A DNA stretch of 64,000 nucleotides, from positions 1-64,000 of the IMG/VR virus record IMGVR_UViG_3300017991_005548; one strand, written 5' to 3'. The position numbers and the translations under genes were made by a program. A model generated the notes under the pieces. The model saw only the letters and a list, made by a program, of their open reading frames with translations. It was not told the DNA's origin and did no database searches. Below are positions 46,153-55,869 of this stretch, piece after piece; the first letter of the stretch is position 1, and each line of letters starts with the position of its first letter.

Positions 46153-47135
46153 AATAATTTCTCCAATATATTTTTAGAAACATCTCCTTTTTCGAATAGG
46201 TGTTTTTCACGCGACTCTTGAAAACTACCTTTCAAATCAGTAGACATAATTTTTTCAATTGACCTTTTAATCTTCTCAACATCTGCCGAGACAGCAAGAT
46301 TAATGACATAGTCGTAGTCATATAAAAAATCAAAACGTCTTGACGATTTCACACAGAAGTTGATAAAAGGTACATCCATCATAACACATTCTTTTGATGC
46401 AGTTGAATCAAAATTAACTACAAAATCGCTAACAGACATAAGTTCCATTGTAGAATGAGGATACCAACTAAAATCTTCAACATATGTATCCCCTCTATAT
46501 AATTCGTGATTCTTCATCCCTGATTGAATTGGATCTTTCCCTCTCGTTTTAACAATAATGCTATACCCCATCTGATGCAACGACTCATAAGCTCTTTGCA
46601 AAACTGTAAATAACTTTCCGTTAAGATATTTTACACGAGGAAATATGACAAGAGCATTCTTCTCTCCAACTCTATATCTCCTTCGCACAGAATCTGGATC
46701 AATGACTACGTCATACTTTGGACTACCAAAATACAAATTTTTGGGACTCTCCTTTTTAAAATACTGCGCAAAAAATTCACTTGGCATACATACATGATCA
46801 ACATCGTCTATATAATGATCATAATGAACTGTAAAATCTCTCATTGAAGTGATTGCCACACTCTTTTGGCAGGAAGAGATATTATCAATGTTCACTCCTT
46901 CAATAGAAAAAACAATCGAATCTTTGTCTTCAATCTTTCTACGATAATTCACTACGAATCCATGATCAAAAGCCATTTCTTCAAGGAGATGCTTGTGTGA
47001 AGCTGGGTTGTGGTACTTTTGAGTTTTATAGACATGCAACTGAGATTTAAGACCCAAACGATTCCCTTCTTTAATAAGGGGAATGTAATATCTTAATGCC
47101 GCCATTTGATCTAGTATGAATCTTAGATTGCTCAA
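46149..47135 (-). CDS. Putative GT-B transferase (TagF/sialyltransferase-like)
   Basis: GSPKYD, SDFVVNFDSTASKE. Confidence 0.55.
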   Translation of the reverse strand: MSNLRFILDQMAALRYYIPLIKEGNRLGLKSQLHVYKTQKYHNPASHKHLLEEMAFDHGFVVNYRRKIEDKDSIVFSIEGVNIDNISSCQKSVAITSMRDFTVHYDHYIDDVDHVCMPSEFFAQYFKKESPKNLYFGSPKYDVVIDPDSVRRRYRVGEKNALVIFPRVKYLNGKLFTVLQRAYESLHQMGYSIIVKTRGKDPIQSGMKNHELYRGDTYVEDFSWYPHSTMELMSVSDFVVNFDSTASKECVMMDVPFINFCVKSSRRFDFLYDYDYVINLAVSADVEKIKRSIEKIMSTDLKGSFQESREKHLFEKGDVSKNILEKLL

Positions 47136-48058
47136 ATTATTTCCTCATACTGTTTACACATATCTTCTTTCCCATAATCATAAAACGCCATACGATTCTG
47201 GCAAATTTTATAATGTATATAGTCACTCTGCAATACTCTTATTATCTCAAATAACTCTTCTGCATCTTTAAACGTCCTTACAAAATCCTTTGCATACTCA
47301 ATACAAGCGTCAGCTTCGCTATGAATGAGAGGAATTAACCCACAACTCAGCCCTTCTGGTATATGGTTGGGGCCTGGTTCAAACAATGATGCTGATACAT
47401 AAACATCATGCTCCCTTAGTAATTCTGGCAATGCATGATAAGGTTGAGCCGATATCTTTCGACAATACTGTAAACTACCTTTCATCGGCCTCCCTATAAA
47501 AGTGAATTGAGCAATCTGTGGATTTCTATTACAAAATCTATCCAATTCTTTGTAAATAGGATAACCCTTATATATGTTATCTGAGAAATGGTGAGTTACG
47601 ATCTTTAGTGGGGACATTGGCCTTCTTGATCTATCCTCTCTATAAAAAAGAGTTCTATCGCTACCATTTCTAATGACAACCGAATTAGAAACATTCATCC
47701 CCTTATCTATAAAATACCCTCTGAGCCATTCACTTACAAATACAGTCTTGTCAGCAACCCTTTTATTAGATTGAATAATGAGATCATCCAACCCCTTGCT
47801 GTTTGGTCTATGAGCATCATTTTCATTGATTCGATGAATGACCTTAGCCCCTTTCTTCCTTTGCTCTTCAACTTCCTCCAAACTAAATGTAACGCTTCTA
47901 TCACGAACATCCATCAGAACAATTACGTCAACGTCATTCGACAGATCAAAAACTACATCATGTCCTTTGCCAGAGAAATAGGCAGACAACATCCTAAGGA
48001 CTTGATTCCCCCCTCCGTATGGACCATCTACTATTCTTCTGTTAAAAGCTATTTTCAT
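47132..48058 (-). CDS. GT4-like glycosyltransferase
   Basis: GG, FVS, NG, KG, EPGPNHIPE (Ex7E). Confidence 0.8.
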   Translation of the reverse strand: MKIAFNRRIVDGPYGGGNQVLRMLSAYFSGKGHDVVFDLSNDVDVIVLMDVRDRSVTFSLEEVEEQRKKGAKVIHRINENDAHRPNSKGLDDLIIQSNKRVADKTVFVSEWLRGYFIDKGMNVSNSVVIRNGSDRTLFYREDRSRRPMSPLKIVTHHFSDNIYKGYPIYKELDRFCNRNPQIAQFTFIGRPMKGSLQYCRKISAQPYHALPELLREHDVYVSASLFEPGPNHIPEGLSCGLIPLIHSEADACIEYAKDFVRTFKDAEELFEIIRVLQSDYIHYKICQNRMAFYDYGKEDMCKQYEEII

Positions 48059-48804
48059 TAATCTCTGAACCTACGAACTCTTATGCTACCTTTCTTCGCT
48101 AGTTTATAATGTTCATCTATAAGCTTCATAGTTTTCTTTCTTTCGATCTCAGCCTCTCTAAGATTAGGACCATGGCCACTATCATCTGGACTATGAACCC
48201 ATGTCTCAACCATAATTGAACCCTTGTTAGAGTGATTTATGATATTCTGAGTTACATCATAAGGATTTGGGAGATGCTCATATACATCCATAATACAGAC
48301 GATATCAAAATTACATGAGAATTTAGGATTCGAATAATCCGCTGTTATCTCATGCACTTCGCATTCAACCCCTGCCTTGTTCAACCTCCACTTAGCAAAC
48401 TCAAGATGTTCTCCAGCTACATCAACCAAAACAAACTTCATGTTCGACACATCTTTAGTTTGAGTGACCCAATGAGTAAATGGAGCGATTCCACATCCAT
48501 ATTCCAAAACAACACTGTTATCTTTTAGATATGGATTAAAAAATCTTCCATAATTGAACCCTCTTCTATAAACCATCTGACGGAATACCTGCCATGCCCC
48601 AATATCTTTATAGAAATCCATTTTTGATTGTAAAGATTCTCTAGGCTTCATATCCCAAAGGTCTTCAAAAGTCATTCCACTTACAGCTTCACATGTATCG
48701 GACTCTGGCAAATCAGGCTTACGCCCCTTTGCTCTTGTCCCCAATATCTCTGCCTCTTCTGGAGTTACTCCATAATACTCACATAAATCATCACACCAAA
48801 CCAT
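48058..48804 (-). CDS. Class I SAM methyltransferase
   Basis: LEYGCGI, DVYEHLPNP. Confidence 0.8.
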   Translation of the reverse strand: MVWCDDLCEYYGVTPEEAEILGTRAKGRKPDLPESDTCEAVSGMTFEDLWDMKPRESLQSKMDFYKDIGAWQVFRQMVYRRGFNYGRFFNPYLKDNSVVLEYGCGIAPFTHWVTQTKDVSNMKFVLVDVAGEHLEFAKWRLNKAGVECEVHEITADYSNPKFSCNFDIVCIMDVYEHLPNPYDVTQNIINHSNKGSIMVETWVHSPDDSGHGPNLREAEIERKKTMKLIDEHYKLAKKGSIRVRRFRD

Positions 48805-48815
48805 GTTAATTCCTC

Positions 48816-49442
48816 TTATTTGTTATAAAGTATGCATAGACCAAATTTGTCTCTTATAAACTCTATTCTTACATCGTCATCTTCATAAACGTCTTCTGTA
48901 ACAACTTCAGATCCAAATATCTCTTCAAGAACATAAAGTTCCCATGCGGCATATACCTTCTTGTTCTGAAAATTGTTTGAAGCTCTCTTAAGAGCCTCAT
49001 AGACATTCATAGAGATATCATGGGTCATGAAGTTAACCTCATTCTCCAAAGCTAATTTTACTAAATTCCTGGTCAGTATATATGGATGGGCATCAAGGAA
49101 AAGAAGGTCTGGGTTATATTTCTCAAAAAGTCCTTCCTCTTTCCCAGTTACATCCTCAACATGCAAAGTAAAGTCTTTCTTGTCCATGAACTTCACTTTG
49201 TCTTCAATATCCCAAGAGTGAATCTCAAGATCTATTTCCAGGTATTTTGCAATATCATAAAAAACTCTGGTTGAACATCCATACTGCACTCCAAACTCCA
49301 AAAGAACTTTGGGTCTATTCTCTTGGAAATATTCAAAAATACCTCTCACTTCTTCTTTAGAAACTGTTTTGGCTTTTTTCAGTATCCTTGGCAATTGACT
49401 ATTATCAAAAAAATCATCGAAATTCTTCATATTCTTCTCCAT
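48816..49442 (-). CDS. Class I SAM methyltransferase
   Basis: LEFGVQYGCST, FLDAH, THD. Confidence 0.7.
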   Translation of the reverse strand: MEKNMKNFDDFFDNSQLPRILKKAKTVSKEEVRGIFEYFQENRPKVLLEFGVQYGCSTRVFYDIAKYLEIDLEIHSWDIEDKVKFMDKKDFTLHVEDVTGKEEGLFEKYNPDLLFLDAHPYILTRNLVKLALENEVNFMTHDISMNVYEALKRASNNFQNKKVYAAWELYVLEEIFGSEVVTEDVYEDDDVRIEFIRDKFGLCILYNK

Positions 49443-49444
49443 CT

Positions 49445-50323
49445 TTAAACAAACTCCTGAAATAACTGGTCAAATCTTGGTACAATTACTTCATGTAAAA
49501 AATTCTGCACATTTTGATAATTATACATGACATAATCCTTACTCTTAAATATCTTTTTGGCGATCTCATCAGGCTCACATAAACAATTGGGGTGAATAAC
49601 CTCAGAAACAATCCCGACATCAGTAGCAACAACAGGTACTTTCCTATAAGTAGCTTCTAAAACTGCTTGTGGACCGCCCTCTGTTCTAGATGAAATAATA
49701 TAAGCATCCAACTTGTCATAAAGAGGATTTAAATTATCAACTTTATGATGATATTCATATCGTATACCTCGTTTCTCAAGTTCACCAATGACATACTCTC
49801 TACAAAAACCTGCCAAAACTACATTGACCTCGACCGATTTGTTAATTTCTTCAATAGCGTCGATTAGAATATCTGGTCCTTTCACTAACTTTGCTTTTCT
49901 TGTCCTCGTTTCTCCATCCTTTTGAAAAGAACCGATGTTGAAAAACTTGTTTGGCTCAACTTCATACTTTGGTTCCCTGGCTTTTGATAACACCCAGTAA
50001 GGAATCTGCCTAATATTGTCATTTACGCCGAGATCCTGCATCTCTTTAAAAGTGAATCTGTTGTTGGTTACGCAAGCAACTGCTTTCTTCAACAGATCCA
50101 ATTTATACATCTTAATCTGTGGCTTATTAATGTGATGTAAATGCGCTACTACTGGTCTTCCAAAATTTAATGCTCTACCAAGTGACCAAAAATCAACAGA
50201 CCAGATTATATCAGGTTGTTTTCTCGGTCCAACAACCTCAAGGCTTGTATATTTTTGGAAATCTTTCTTGATATTGTCAAGAACCCAATTCGCACCATCA
50301 GAAACAACTGCTATCTTTGTCAT
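49445..50323 (-). CDS. GT4-like glycosyltransferase
   Basis: KGPD, EGGPQAVLEA, VATDVG. Confidence 0.85.
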   Translation of the reverse strand: MTKIAVVSDGANWVLDNIKKDFQKYTSLEVVGPRKQPDIIWSVDFWSLGRALNFGRPVVAHLHHINKPQIKMYKLDLLKKAVACVTNNRFTFKEMQDLGVNDNIRQIPYWVLSKAREPKYEVEPNKFFNIGSFQKDGETRTRKAKLVKGPDILIDAIEEINKSVEVNVVLAGFCREYVIGELEKRGIRYEYHHKVDNLNPLYDKLDAYIISSRTEGGPQAVLEATYRKVPVVATDVGIVSEVIHPNCLCEPDEIAKKIFKSKDYVMYNYQNVQNFLHEVIVPRFDQLFQEFV

Positions 50324-51354
50324 TCTCCAAGGACTCCCTCTATCAGTTTAACGAATTCTTTAGCCCTTGCATCGATAGTATGATGATTCTTGAAAGTGTC
50401 CTTCGCGTTAGCAACAATTCGTTCTCTTTCCTGATCGTTATCAACATAATACTTGATTCTCTCAAGAAAATTGTCTTGAGTTACCGACACATAGTTAAAC
50501 CCATCTTCCAAATGAAGTTCCTTTTCTCCATATGGCTTCTCACCAACGTATAATGTCCCACAACCCATAGACTCGAAGATTTTATTGAAAGCTAAGTGAT
50601 ATCTCCCTCCACAACTTACCAAAATCTTCGATTTACTAATAACTTTCGCGTACTCATCTCTAACCATAGGAGTATGTTTGAAGTTGAAACCGCAATGTGG
50701 ATAGTTTTTGTATACAATCCCTATCTTATCTGAAATTCCAGATAATGCTTTATGCATACCTCTTCTAAACCTGTAAAAATTACCCATGGCACCAAGAGTA
50801 ATGACATCATGTTCTTTAGGCAGTCCATAATCCTTGAAACATGTCTCCTCAACACACCTCGGATGAGCTACGAATTTCATATGATCTCGTATTCTCTTGT
50901 CAAAAAACGAGTTAAAATCTTTTGGATTTGAATATGGTGGGGTAAAACAGCAGAACATATGACTGAATTGCAACCCTCCGAGATCGTTCGAAAATTTCCT
51001 CGGTTTTCTTGCCCAAAAATCACTAAGAGCAAAAACCTTCTTTACTCCCTTTACCTTCCCAAACCCAGTTGGGAAATTCCATAGGTTTTCAGGTATATTG
51101 TAGTGATTTATATAAATGTCACCAACTTTCTCATTTGGAGTGAAGTAACTGTAAACAATATCAGGTTTGTCATCTCCATATACTTGAGAAATAATCTCTC
51201 CCAGGTCGGTATGCTTATAATTTGGCCATCCTGGTCCATACATCTGAGTATCACATGCCCTATTGACACATTCCATGTCGTAGATCATGTTCCCAGAATG
51301 CCATCCCTCCCGATTAACATTCAAAAGCAATACTTTATACTTACTCAGAGACAT
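50320..51354 (-). CDS. CgeB/Glyco_trans_1_2-like glycosyltransferase
   Basis: KIFESMGCG, ERERIVANA, HHT...RA; start revised to MSLSK after AGGAGG. Confidence 0.75.
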   Translation of the reverse strand: MSLSKYKVLLLNVNREGWHSGNMIYDMECVNRACDTQMYGPGWPNYKHTDLGEIISQVYGDDKPDIVYSYFTPNEKVGDIYINHYNIPENLWNFPTGFGKVKGVKKVFALSDFWARKPRKFSNDLGGLQFSHMFCCFTPPYSNPKDFNSFFDKRIRDHMKFVAHPRCVEETCFKDYGLPKEHDVITLGAMGNFYRFRRGMHKALSGISDKIGIVYKNYPHCGFNFKHTPMVRDEYAKVISKSKILVSCGGRYHLAFNKIFESMGCGTLYVGEKPYGEKELHLEDGFNYVSVTQDNFLERIKYYVDNDQERERIVANAKDTFKNHHTIDARAKEFVKLIEGVLGE

Positions 51355-52276
51355 ATTCCCTCCTTTCGAAATACAATGCGAACATAGCCTTAAAACCATA
51401 AATCGCCACATCCCAAGACCATCTACTAACTATTTCTGCCTGAAAATTCTTCGCCTGTTCAATTCTAAACTCATCATCTTTCATTTTTTCTATTGCTTCA
51501 CAAAGACTATCAACATTCCTATCAATTAGCAGTCCTTTTTCTCCATCTTTTATCATATCTGTAGCGGCCCCACTTCTTGTTGAAATAGGAGCCAAACCCA
51601 TTGCTCCAGCTTCCATGAGGGGGTTATTCAAACCTTCAGTTTTGGACATACAGACATGGATATTGGCTTTTGAGTAGAAATATGGCATTTCTTCAAGTGT
51701 CAATTTTCTATTGTATTCAGCGGTTATGATTTCTGCATTAACCTTTTTACAAGCTTGTTTAACCAGATCAAAACCCTTGTTGGCAGATCCACGACCAGAA
51801 ACACTTACCTTTATCGGACCTTCCAAAGGTTGGAATGCATTCTCATTCTTCTTTATGTCAAATACATCTAAATTCACTCCATGTCCAACATTCAAAAGTG
51901 GCTTGTCATCCACTATACCACTAAAAACGTCAAACATTCTTGAATTTACTACATGGAATATAGAGCATTTATCTTTGATCGAAGCACATCTTCCTGGGAA
52001 CCCATGTTCATACAATCCTTTGGGACCTTCTGGATGCTCTCTATGTAGAAATTCACATCTCAACCCCATTATCGTTTTCTCTTTGGGTGGATATCCACCC
52101 CTCAAAGGAATTGGATCAAGAACATACACTAAATCGTAGTCTTTAGACATATTCTTGATACCCTGCTTTCTATAAGCGATATCTATATCATATTCTGTAA
52201 TGCGTTTCTGGATCTCATGACAATGTCTGTCAAAAATCCACCCTTTCTGATCTGCGACTAATAAAATCTTCTTCAT
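51341..52276 (-). CDS. GT4-like glycosyltransferase
   Basis: HGVN, KG, EGLNNPLMEAGAMG. Confidence 0.85.
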   Translation of the reverse strand: MKKILLVADQKGWIFDRHCHEIQKRITEYDIDIAYRKQGIKNMSKDYDLVYVLDPIPLRGGYPPKEKTIMGLRCEFLHREHPEGPKGLYEHGFPGRCASIKDKCSIFHVVNSRMFDVFSGIVDDKPLLNVGHGVNLDVFDIKKNENAFQPLEGPIKVSVSGRGSANKGFDLVKQACKKVNAEIITAEYNRKLTLEEMPYFYSKANIHVCMSKTEGLNNPLMEAGAMGLAPISTRSGAATDMIKDGEKGLLIDRNVDSLCEAIEKMKDDEFRIEQAKNFQAEIVSRWSWDVAIYGFKAMFALYFERREYVSE

Positions 52277-53088
52277 AAACTACTCCAGTATCTTTGCAGT
52301 GGAAGTGTTAGTATGTCAATTGTATTTCTCCCTGCCTTACATGAATTACAATCGTAAAATTCGTTAAATCTCTGACTTTGGGGATGACCTCCATACCAAT
52401 GCAGAGCATAAGATTCCTGAGTGATATGAATAACGTCCTCATATACCTTATTTATCAGGTAAGACTCAGGAATTGGATAGAAATAATTTGGAGGAGCATT
52501 AAAAAGAACATTCTCACTTTCCCACTCTTCTCGATGCTTAGAAAACAAATCCCGAAACATGAATGGCCCCAAACTATTGTAATCCTTAGGATCATAACAG
52601 TCCATCATCTCATTCATAATTTGTTTTACGACAGGACAATACTTCTTTGCCCCTATAACGCCAACAGGAGCATAAATACCACAAGATTGCGCCCTATATA
52701 TGCTGTAGATAAAATCAACGTCAGGAAGGCTGTAAAATGGTCTTAGTATTATCTGATCTGTATCAAGATAATACCCACCATTATTGTAAAGCCACCACCA
52801 TCTAAAAAGATCGGATTGATAATTTGGGGCATAAGTGGGGAAAAGGTTTGATTCGACTACTTTTACACCGAGTTTAGACAAGGCTGGGATGTAGTCAGTA
52901 AACAAACGGCCCTCTCGCTGGAAATCCTGCTTCTCTACTCCCCATTTAATGTCTTTGGCAGACTGCTTGGAGAGATAGAGTTCGATCTCAGCGTCAGGAT
53001 GGTGTTTCCTTAAAGAAACAAAAGTCAGGAACCGAAGATATGACAACTCAGTTCCTGACCAAAAAAGTCCAAATTTTAACGGAATCAT
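52273..53088 (-). CDS. GT32-like (DXD sugar-binding) glycosyltransferase
   Basis: SDLFR..LY..GGYYLDTD, LGP, FYP, HW. Confidence 0.8.
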   Translation of the reverse strand: MIPLKFGLFWSGTELSYLRFLTFVSLRKHHPDAEIELYLSKQSAKDIKWGVEKQDFQREGRLFTDYIPALSKLGVKVVESNLFPTYAPNYQSDLFRWWWLYNNGGYYLDTDQIILRPFYSLPDVDFIYSIYRAQSCGIYAPVGVIGAKKYCPVVKQIMNEMMDCYDPKDYNSLGPFMFRDLFSKHREEWESENVLFNAPPNYFYPIPESYLINKVYEDVIHITQESYALHWYGGHPQSQRFNEFYDCNSCKAGRNTIDILTLPLQRYWSSL

Positions 53089-53129
53089 TGGGTTGCCTTA
53101 TAGTTGTCAACAACCCAAATATTATACAG

Positions 53130-54557
53130 TTAATCTTCCCACCATTGATCAACTTGCTCTAGTCCAAGACCTTTTAATTCTTGAATAGTTTCTTCTACAG
53201 ATTTACTGCCATAAATTCCGTATGTGTTCTCCATTTCTTCGCAAAAACCCCCAACCATTTTAAAAACTTGACACAAATACTGCCTTTCACTACTTCCAGC
53301 ATCATAATAAGAGTCTGCTAATTCTCCACTTTCCCTTCTAAAAGCAAAAGAGAAACAATCTTGGCTGAATTCTGGATCATATGGATCAAGCTTTGAAATA
53401 CAGAAAACACATGGATCTACTTCATCCGTTTTTAATTCCTGAAGGAGTCTCGCATTTTCTTCTGCCTTCACCAATACGTTGAGATCAAAAAACATCTTCT
53501 TGACCTCTTCCAGGTTATATGTCCCACCTTTGATCGTAACGGTTCTATCAGGCTCAATCGTGTAAAATGACTCATCCTCTTCAGGTTCATCTGGAACAAC
53601 TGGCGTTTTGGCGAAAAACGAATCTGGATACATAAACTGCATCCCAAGACGCTTCGCAAAAGTCTTATCAGTTGTTTGATCTCCAACCATAATGCATTCA
53701 CTCACATTCAGCTTGTATTTGTAAATATAAGGAATGGCCATCCCTGATTGAGGCTTACGGCAATAGCAACTTACTGGCGGAACCTTATGAGGACAATAAG
53801 AGACCTCAACATCATTACAAATTGCTAAAGTTGCATTCGTAACTTCGAAACACAACTCGGCACCTTTTTCAGTCAACTCGCCTTTTGCAATACCAGATTG
53901 GTTTGATACCCCAATAAGGTAATATCCAAGCTTTTTATAGGCCCGTAAGACCTCTCCCGCCCCTTTCCTTACTTTGATCTCTGTTGGCTTTGTAGGGTAC
54001 TTCCCATTGCCTCCAACAGTCTCCCTCAAAGTACCATCATAATCAAGGAAAATTGCTTTGTTTGTAAAACCCTCCCTTGGTTCCCTTCTGAACACTCTTT
54101 TCTCCACATTTTCAAAACCTTCGTCTTTCGTCGGTTTTTCAAATTCTTTCTTCATTTTGAAAAAGACAGAAATAGGGAACATGTTCGGATCTTTCTTAAC
54201 TTCTTTCAGATCCTCTTTGTCATAAAACACCTTGCCATATCGTTCCATCATCCTCTGCAAAGCATTAATCTGACAATCTTCCACAGAAGTTGACATCCAA
54301 AGACAACTGATCGGAACATCATGCTTCTTACACATCTCAATAAAAGGCTTGCGCTTATCTGCTTGCATAAAAGTGCAATCAAGAACAACAGAGTTCCCAT
54401 TTTTGAGAGAAGCCTCAAGTTTCGGCAACAAATCGAGTGTTCTCCCACCCTCTTTATCTCGGCTTAAATACGCATATGTATGCTTCTTCATGATTTCCTT
54501 TACTGCCGAGCTTTTCCCACTTGCAGGGAATCCAACCGTCATGATTGCTTTTTGCAT
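53130..54557 (-). CDS. Polynucleotide kinase/phosphatase-like protein (AAA_33 kinase + HAD-IIIA)
   Basis: GFPASGKS, VVLDCT, EPTKDEGF-like; FLDYDGT, SNQSG, CYCRKP, MVGD. Confidence 0.75.
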   Translation of the reverse strand: MQKAIMTVGFPASGKSSAVKEIMKKHTYAYLSRDKEGGRTLDLLPKLEASLKNGNSVVLDCTFMQADKRKPFIEMCKKHDVPISCLWMSTSVEDCQINALQRMMERYGKVFYDKEDLKEVKKDPNMFPISVFFKMKKEFEKPTKDEGFENVEKRVFRREPREGFTNKAIFLDYDGTLRETVGGNGKYPTKPTEIKVRKGAGEVLRAYKKLGYYLIGVSNQSGIAKGELTEKGAELCFEVTNATLAICNDVEVSYCPHKVPPVSCYCRKPQSGMAIPYIYKYKLNVSECIMVGDQTTDKTFAKRLGMQFMYPDSFFAKTPVVPDEPEEDESFYTIEPDRTVTIKGGTYNLEEVKKMFFDLNVLVKAEENARLLQELKTDEVDPCVFCISKLDPYDPEFSQDCFSFAFRRESGELADSYYDAGSSERQYLCQVFKMVGGFCEEMENTYGIYGSKSVEETIQELKGLGLEQVDQWWED

Positions 54558-54575
54558 TGATTTACTCCTTTAATT

Positions 54576-55001
54576 TTAACACAACATTCCATAATCCCAT
54601 TCTCCCGCTACAGCACCACACTCTTTGCAGTTAATCTGTCCTTTATTCTCTAGACCAAAACCGAATCTAATTATCGTAGTATAACTTTCTTCAAGGTCTG
54701 CACTTCCGCAACTCCAACATCGTATCGGACTTCCCTGGCTGTCCCAAAAACCAAGCAGTTCTGCTAATAACTTGAATTCTTGGCTCCCAACCTCGTTATT
54801 AATAACAAGAAGTCTTCTATAAAGAAGATATTGCTCTTTGTCACTAAATCTACAGTAGTTTTCCTGAATATAACAAGACAGATATTCACGTCTCATCAAA
54901 TCAATTTTGGAAGATGATGTGAACTCCCCATGGAACCCTAGAACAGAGATAACACAAGGCATTCCTTTCTGGAAACTCGTATAGTAACAGACCTTTGACA
55001 T
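54576..55001 (-). CDS. Hypothetical protein with C-terminal zinc ribbon
   Basis: CWSC...CKEC. Confidence 0.6.
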   Translation of the reverse strand: MSKVCYYTSFQKGMPCVISVLGFHGEFTSSSKIDLMRREYLSCYIQENYCRFSDKEQYLLYRRLLVINNEVGSQEFKLLAELLGFWDSQGSPIRCWSCGSADLEESYTTIIRFGFGLENKGQINCKECGAVAGEWDYGMLC

Positions 55002-55274
55002 TTATTCCTCGAAAACATCCAACTTATCATCGGACCCTTCAAATTGTTCCATACGAACTTGAATATATGGAGCCTTGTCAAAAGTGGAGAACGTCTTCGC
55101 AGTTGCAAGAATCATAAAAACAAACAGGAAAATGCCTGTCATGAAATTATTGTAGTTAAGCGCAAGCATCTGACCCAACGTAAACATAAAAAGCATCATA
55201 AAGATGATGCAACAAGGGACTATGAATCCCCAGGTAAGATAAATCGCGGTATAAACTTCCATGAACTCTTGCAT
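55002..55274 (-). CDS. Small membrane protein
   Basis: Two hydrophobic stretches; start revised to MQEF after AGGAG. Confidence 0.55.
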   Translation of the reverse strand: MQEFMEVYTAIYLTWGFIVPCCIIFMMLFMFTLGQMLALNYNNFMTGIFLFVFMILATAKTFSTFDKAPYIQVRMEQFEGSDDKLDVFEE

Positions 55275-55311
55275 TTTCGGGACTCCTTTTCTTAGTTTAT
55301 ACCAATACAAT

Positions 55312-55343
55312 AAACCCCCTTAACTAAAAGTCAAGGGGGTTTT
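55312..55343. terminator. Hairpin, probable terminator
   Basis: AAACCCCCTT...AAGGGGGTTT inverted repeat. Confidence 0.55.
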
Positions 55344-55362
55344 CAAAATATTTCCGATTTTC

Positions 55363-55860
55363 TTAAAGGTTGACTTTTCGAAGATGTTCAACCAGACCTC
55401 TCTGTGATGGAAATACTAGTTTCTCCATCTCATCAAGATCGCACCATTTATACTCACAGATCTCTGGAATCTTATTTGGACCCCAGTACGAAGCACATCT
55501 CATTTCATGATTTTTCAGCACTCCATTAGTATCGTTGAGTAAATACAGAATCACATCTTTGTCCTTCATTGAGAAAGTATAGAATGGACTAGTTGATTGG
55601 CTCAACTGTAATTCAACACTTCTAAGAATATCGATGCCCGATTCTTCTTTAAGTTCTCTAGTTGCGGTTGCAATCAAACTTTCCCCATATTCCTGCTGTC
55701 CTTTAAAAACTGTCCAGCACTGATCTTTGGGGTATTTGGTTGTTCTGCCAATTAAATACTTTCCGTCCTGTGAGCGAACAATAAACCCAGCAGAAACCAC
55801 TCGTTTTGGTCTTCTTTCGTTTCTACTACCCTTTTCGCTATCCCTACGAACCTCTGACAT
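55363..55860 (-). CDS. NUDIX hydrolase
   Basis: KGQQEYGESLIATATRELKEESGI Nudix box. Confidence 0.85.
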   Translation of the reverse strand: MSEVRRDSEKGSRNERRPKRVVSAGFIVRSQDGKYLIGRTTKYPKDQCWTVFKGQQEYGESLIATATRELKEESGIDILRSVELQLSQSTSPFYTFSMKDKDVILYLLNDTNGVLKNHEMRCASYWGPNKIPEICEYKWCDLDEMEKLVFPSQRGLVEHLRKVNL

Positions 55861-55869
55861 ACCCTTCTC

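Noticed and set aside
13649-47135. Stop-codon reassignment, suggested by a phage-type release factor
   Set aside because: TGA ends genes in ATGA overlaps (13649, 40609, 47132) and TAG ends genes at natural C-termini (21333, 28937). ORFs are unfragmented in code 11 and no suppressor anticodon was found among the canonical tRNAs.
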